A DNA stretch of 32,000 bases from Zymomonas mobilis subsp. mobilis ATCC 10988. GTDB taxonomy: Bacteria; Pseudomonadota; Alphaproteobacteria; Sphingomonadales; Sphingomonadaceae. The stretch's first letter is position 1; every line of letters begins with the position of its first letter. A program made the position numbers and the translations under genes. Where the stretch lies: contig NC_017262.1 of assembly GCF_000175255.2 (NCBI RefSeq), positions 180,001-212,000 of the forward strand, written 5' to 3'. Positions 28,502 to 32,000 of this stretch are shown here, piece after piece. The notes under the pieces were generated by a model. That model did no database searches and was not told where the DNA came from. It was given only the letters and a program-made list of their open reading frames with translations.

Positions 28502-29028
28502 ATTGAAAGGGTTGGGTGTAATCTTGAAACCCTATAACTGAATTATAAATAAAGAAGATGTGGCTAAGATAAAAAGACTTATAGAATCTGTATTTCTATA
28601 AAAGAGCGCACCACAGATTAGATCGATATTTTAGGATTACTTTTCATCTAAGGGCTGTAATAAATCAAAATATAAAATAATCACGTTATTCTGATTAGTT
28701 TAGAACCAGCGTTAATAGCCTTCAAGCTTTTACATAAGCGATTTTTTCTTTAACAATATCTTGTGCCTGTTTAAAATATTGGCAGATATTAGATTATTAA
28801 CCCAATAGAATCAAAATAAAGCAAGGCTTTCCCTGCGTCCGTCAGTATGGCGCATCCATCGACAAACTCAATTCTTATGTGGCTTTTTATAGGCGCAGAA
28901 AGGGCTGCTAATATCGGGCAAAAGCCTTAATCGCAAAGAGGCTCCTTTGTGCGGATATTTAAGCTCTAAATAGCTTGAGAACGCTATTTGAGATAAAAAA
29001 TACTGACAATTCGGCCAGATACAAGAAA

Positions 29029-29049
29029 GCCGGAAACAATGTTTCCGGC
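29029..29049 (-). terminator. Terminator of the ilv operon (downstream of ilvC)
   Basis: GCCGGAAAC-AAT-GTTTCCGGC, 9-bp perfect stem; minus-strand CTTTCTT follows. Confidence 0.75.
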
Positions 29050-29076
29050 CTTCTTGAACAATCTAGTTCTTAAAAA

Positions 29077-30141
<1,065 letters not shown>

Positions 30142-30663
30142 TTAAAAAGCATCCCGACCGCGCGCCATGGCTGCAATACCCGTGCGCGCGACTTCAACCA
30201 AGCCCAATTCACCCATAAGCTCGAGAAATTTTTCAACTTTTTCAGTTGTGCCGGTAACTTCAAAGATAAAACTGGCAATGGTCGCATCAACTACCCGGGC
30301 ATGATAAACTTCAGCCAAACGCAAGGCTTCGATACGATTATCACCCACGCCAACCACTTTAATAAGGGCTAATTCCCGTTCAACATGGGGGCCAATGGCT
30401 GTCAAATCGACAACCCGATGCACCGGCGGCAGACGGTCCAACTGGTGAACCATCTGGTCGATGACATGAGGAAGGCCACTGGTCACAATGCTTAACCGGC
30501 TTATGGCGTTATCTTTTGTGACATCCGCAACTGTCAGGCTTTCGATATTATAGCCTCTGGTAGAAAACATGCCTGAAATCCGGGCAAGAATACCAGCAAC
30601 GTTATCAACAGTGACAGAAAGCGTATGGCGCTCTATCACTTCTCCACTATCCATGATGGGCAA
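30142..30663 (-). CDS. ilvN: Acetolactate synthase small subunit
   Basis: 173 aa; HTLSVTVDNVAGILARISGMFSTRGYNIESL ACT domain. Confidence 0.93.
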   Translation of the reverse strand: MPIMDSGEVIERHTLSVTVDNVAGILARISGMFSTRGYNIESLTVADVTKDNAISRLSIVTSGLPHVIDQMVHQLDRLPPVHRVVDLTAIGPHVERELALIKVVGVGDNRIEALRLAEVYHARVVDATIASFIFEVTGTTEKVEKFLELMGELGLVEVARTGIAAMARGRDAF

Positions 30664-30675
30664 AGTCCTTAAAGA

Positions 30676-32000
30676 TTAACCGCGAATGGTGGTCGCAGAC
30701 GGAGGCGCAGCGGAAGGGGTATATTCCGGCTTCTTGACATGGTTATCGGTGATATCCGATTCCAAAATCATTTCAGTCTGGCCGGCTCCCGGCGGCACCA
30801 TGGGCAAACAATTCGCTAATTGAGCAACCTGACAATCAACCAAGACAGGCCCCGGCGTTTCCAACATCGTTTTGATGCCATCTTCAAGCTGGGAAGGCTT
30901 CTCAATTTTAAGCGCATTCCAGCCATAGGCCTTGGCCAAAGCGACAAAATCAGGCAGCGCTTCTGAATAGCTTTGTGACCGGCGATGATCATAAAGCAAA
31001 TCTTGCCACTGACGCACCATGCCCATGAAACGGTTATTCAAGATGAAAATTTTCACCGGCAAACGATATTGAGCAACCGTAGCCATTTCCTGAATATTCA
31101 TCTGGAAAGAGGCTTCACCAGCAATCGTCATGCAGAGGCTGTCTGGATTACCGACCTGCGCGCCAATAATAGACGGGAAACCATAGCCCATCGTTCCCAA
31201 ACCACCTGAAGTCAGGAAATGATTGGGAGAGTCAAAACCAAAATATTGAGCGGTCCACATCTGATGCTGTCCGACTTCTGTCGAGACGATCGGATTCTTA
31301 CCCTTTGTGGCTTCCCACAGGCTACGGATAGCCTGCTGCGGCATGATCTCGTTACCCTGCTTGGTAAAGTTCAGGCATTGTTTGGCGCGCCATTCATCAA
31401 TCTGCACCCACCATGCCGAAATATCCTGCATCTGGTAATGCTTTTCTTTCCAAAGCGCGACCATGTCCTGCATGACTGATCCGACATCACCCACAATCGG
31501 TAAGTCCACATGGATGATACGGTTGATCGAAGAACGATCAATATCGACATGGATTTTCTTGGAATGAGGTGAAAAGCTATCAACCCGACATGTCACACGA
31601 TCATCAAAGCGGCTGCCAAGGGCAACCACTAAATCAGCGTCATGCATGGCAAAATTGGCTTCATAAGTGCCGTGCATACCAAGCATACCCAACCATTGCT
31701 GGGAAGAGGCTGGAAATGCGCCCAGGCCCATCAGGGTTGAGGTTACCGGAACACCCGTCAAGTCGGCCAATTCACGCAAGGCTTTGCTGGCATCGGGACC
31801 AGAATTGATAACGCCGCCACCAGTATAGAAAACCGGACGCTTTGCCTTGGCAATCATATCAAGAGCGTTGGTGATTTCGACTGGATCCGCTTTAACACGC
31901 GGACGATAACCGCGATGCATCCGCTTGTTAGGATCCGGTTTGATATAGTCGATAACCGCCGTCTGAACATTTTTCGGAAGGTCAATAACCACCGGTCCCG
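30676..32000 (-). CDS. ilvB: Acetolactate synthase large subunit, N-terminus beyond right window edge
   Basis: [57 protein letters not shown]; open to the window edge. Confidence 0.93.
   Translation of the reverse strand, partial: [440 protein letters not shown]

Overview
This 32-kb window is a gene-dense chromosomal segment of an alphaproteobacterium. Protein content and gene order suggest a sphingomonad-type genome, plausibly Zymomonas mobilis (inference, no database search run). Supported loci: astB, nagZ, an ABM-domain protein, a BadF-type sugar kinase, a CocE/NonD-type hydrolase, recA, comF-like, phoR/phoU/phoB, psd-pssA, an Asp/Glu racemase-family gene, and the core cluster rpsB-tsf-pyrH-frr-uppS-cdsA-dxr-rseP-bamA-ompH-fabZ-rpmE. 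These are followed by a VanZ-like gene, a frameshifted chloramphenicol-acetyltransferase-like pseudogene, trxB, and ilvC-ilvN-ilvB (ilvB cut by the right edge). I found no CRISPR array, transposase, prophage, rRNA or convincing tRNA, and no clear undescribed multi-gene system. The best second-look signals are: (1) phoR directly followed by phoU-phoB with no pstSCAB, plus an 11-bp-phased PHO-box-like array in the gap; (2) a long bulged hairpin in an ORF-free 0.7-kb spacer after trxB; (3) a CAT-like gene split by a frameshift but with an intact HxxxDG motif; (4) a roughly 200-residue low-complexity insertion between the BamA signal peptide and POTRA1; (5) GTTC-N7-GTTC SOS boxes, one at recA and one near a small membrane ORF; (6) an Asp/Glu racemase homologue lacking the usual first catalytic Cys; (7) structured leaders or spacers at rpsB, rpsB-tsf and rpmE.
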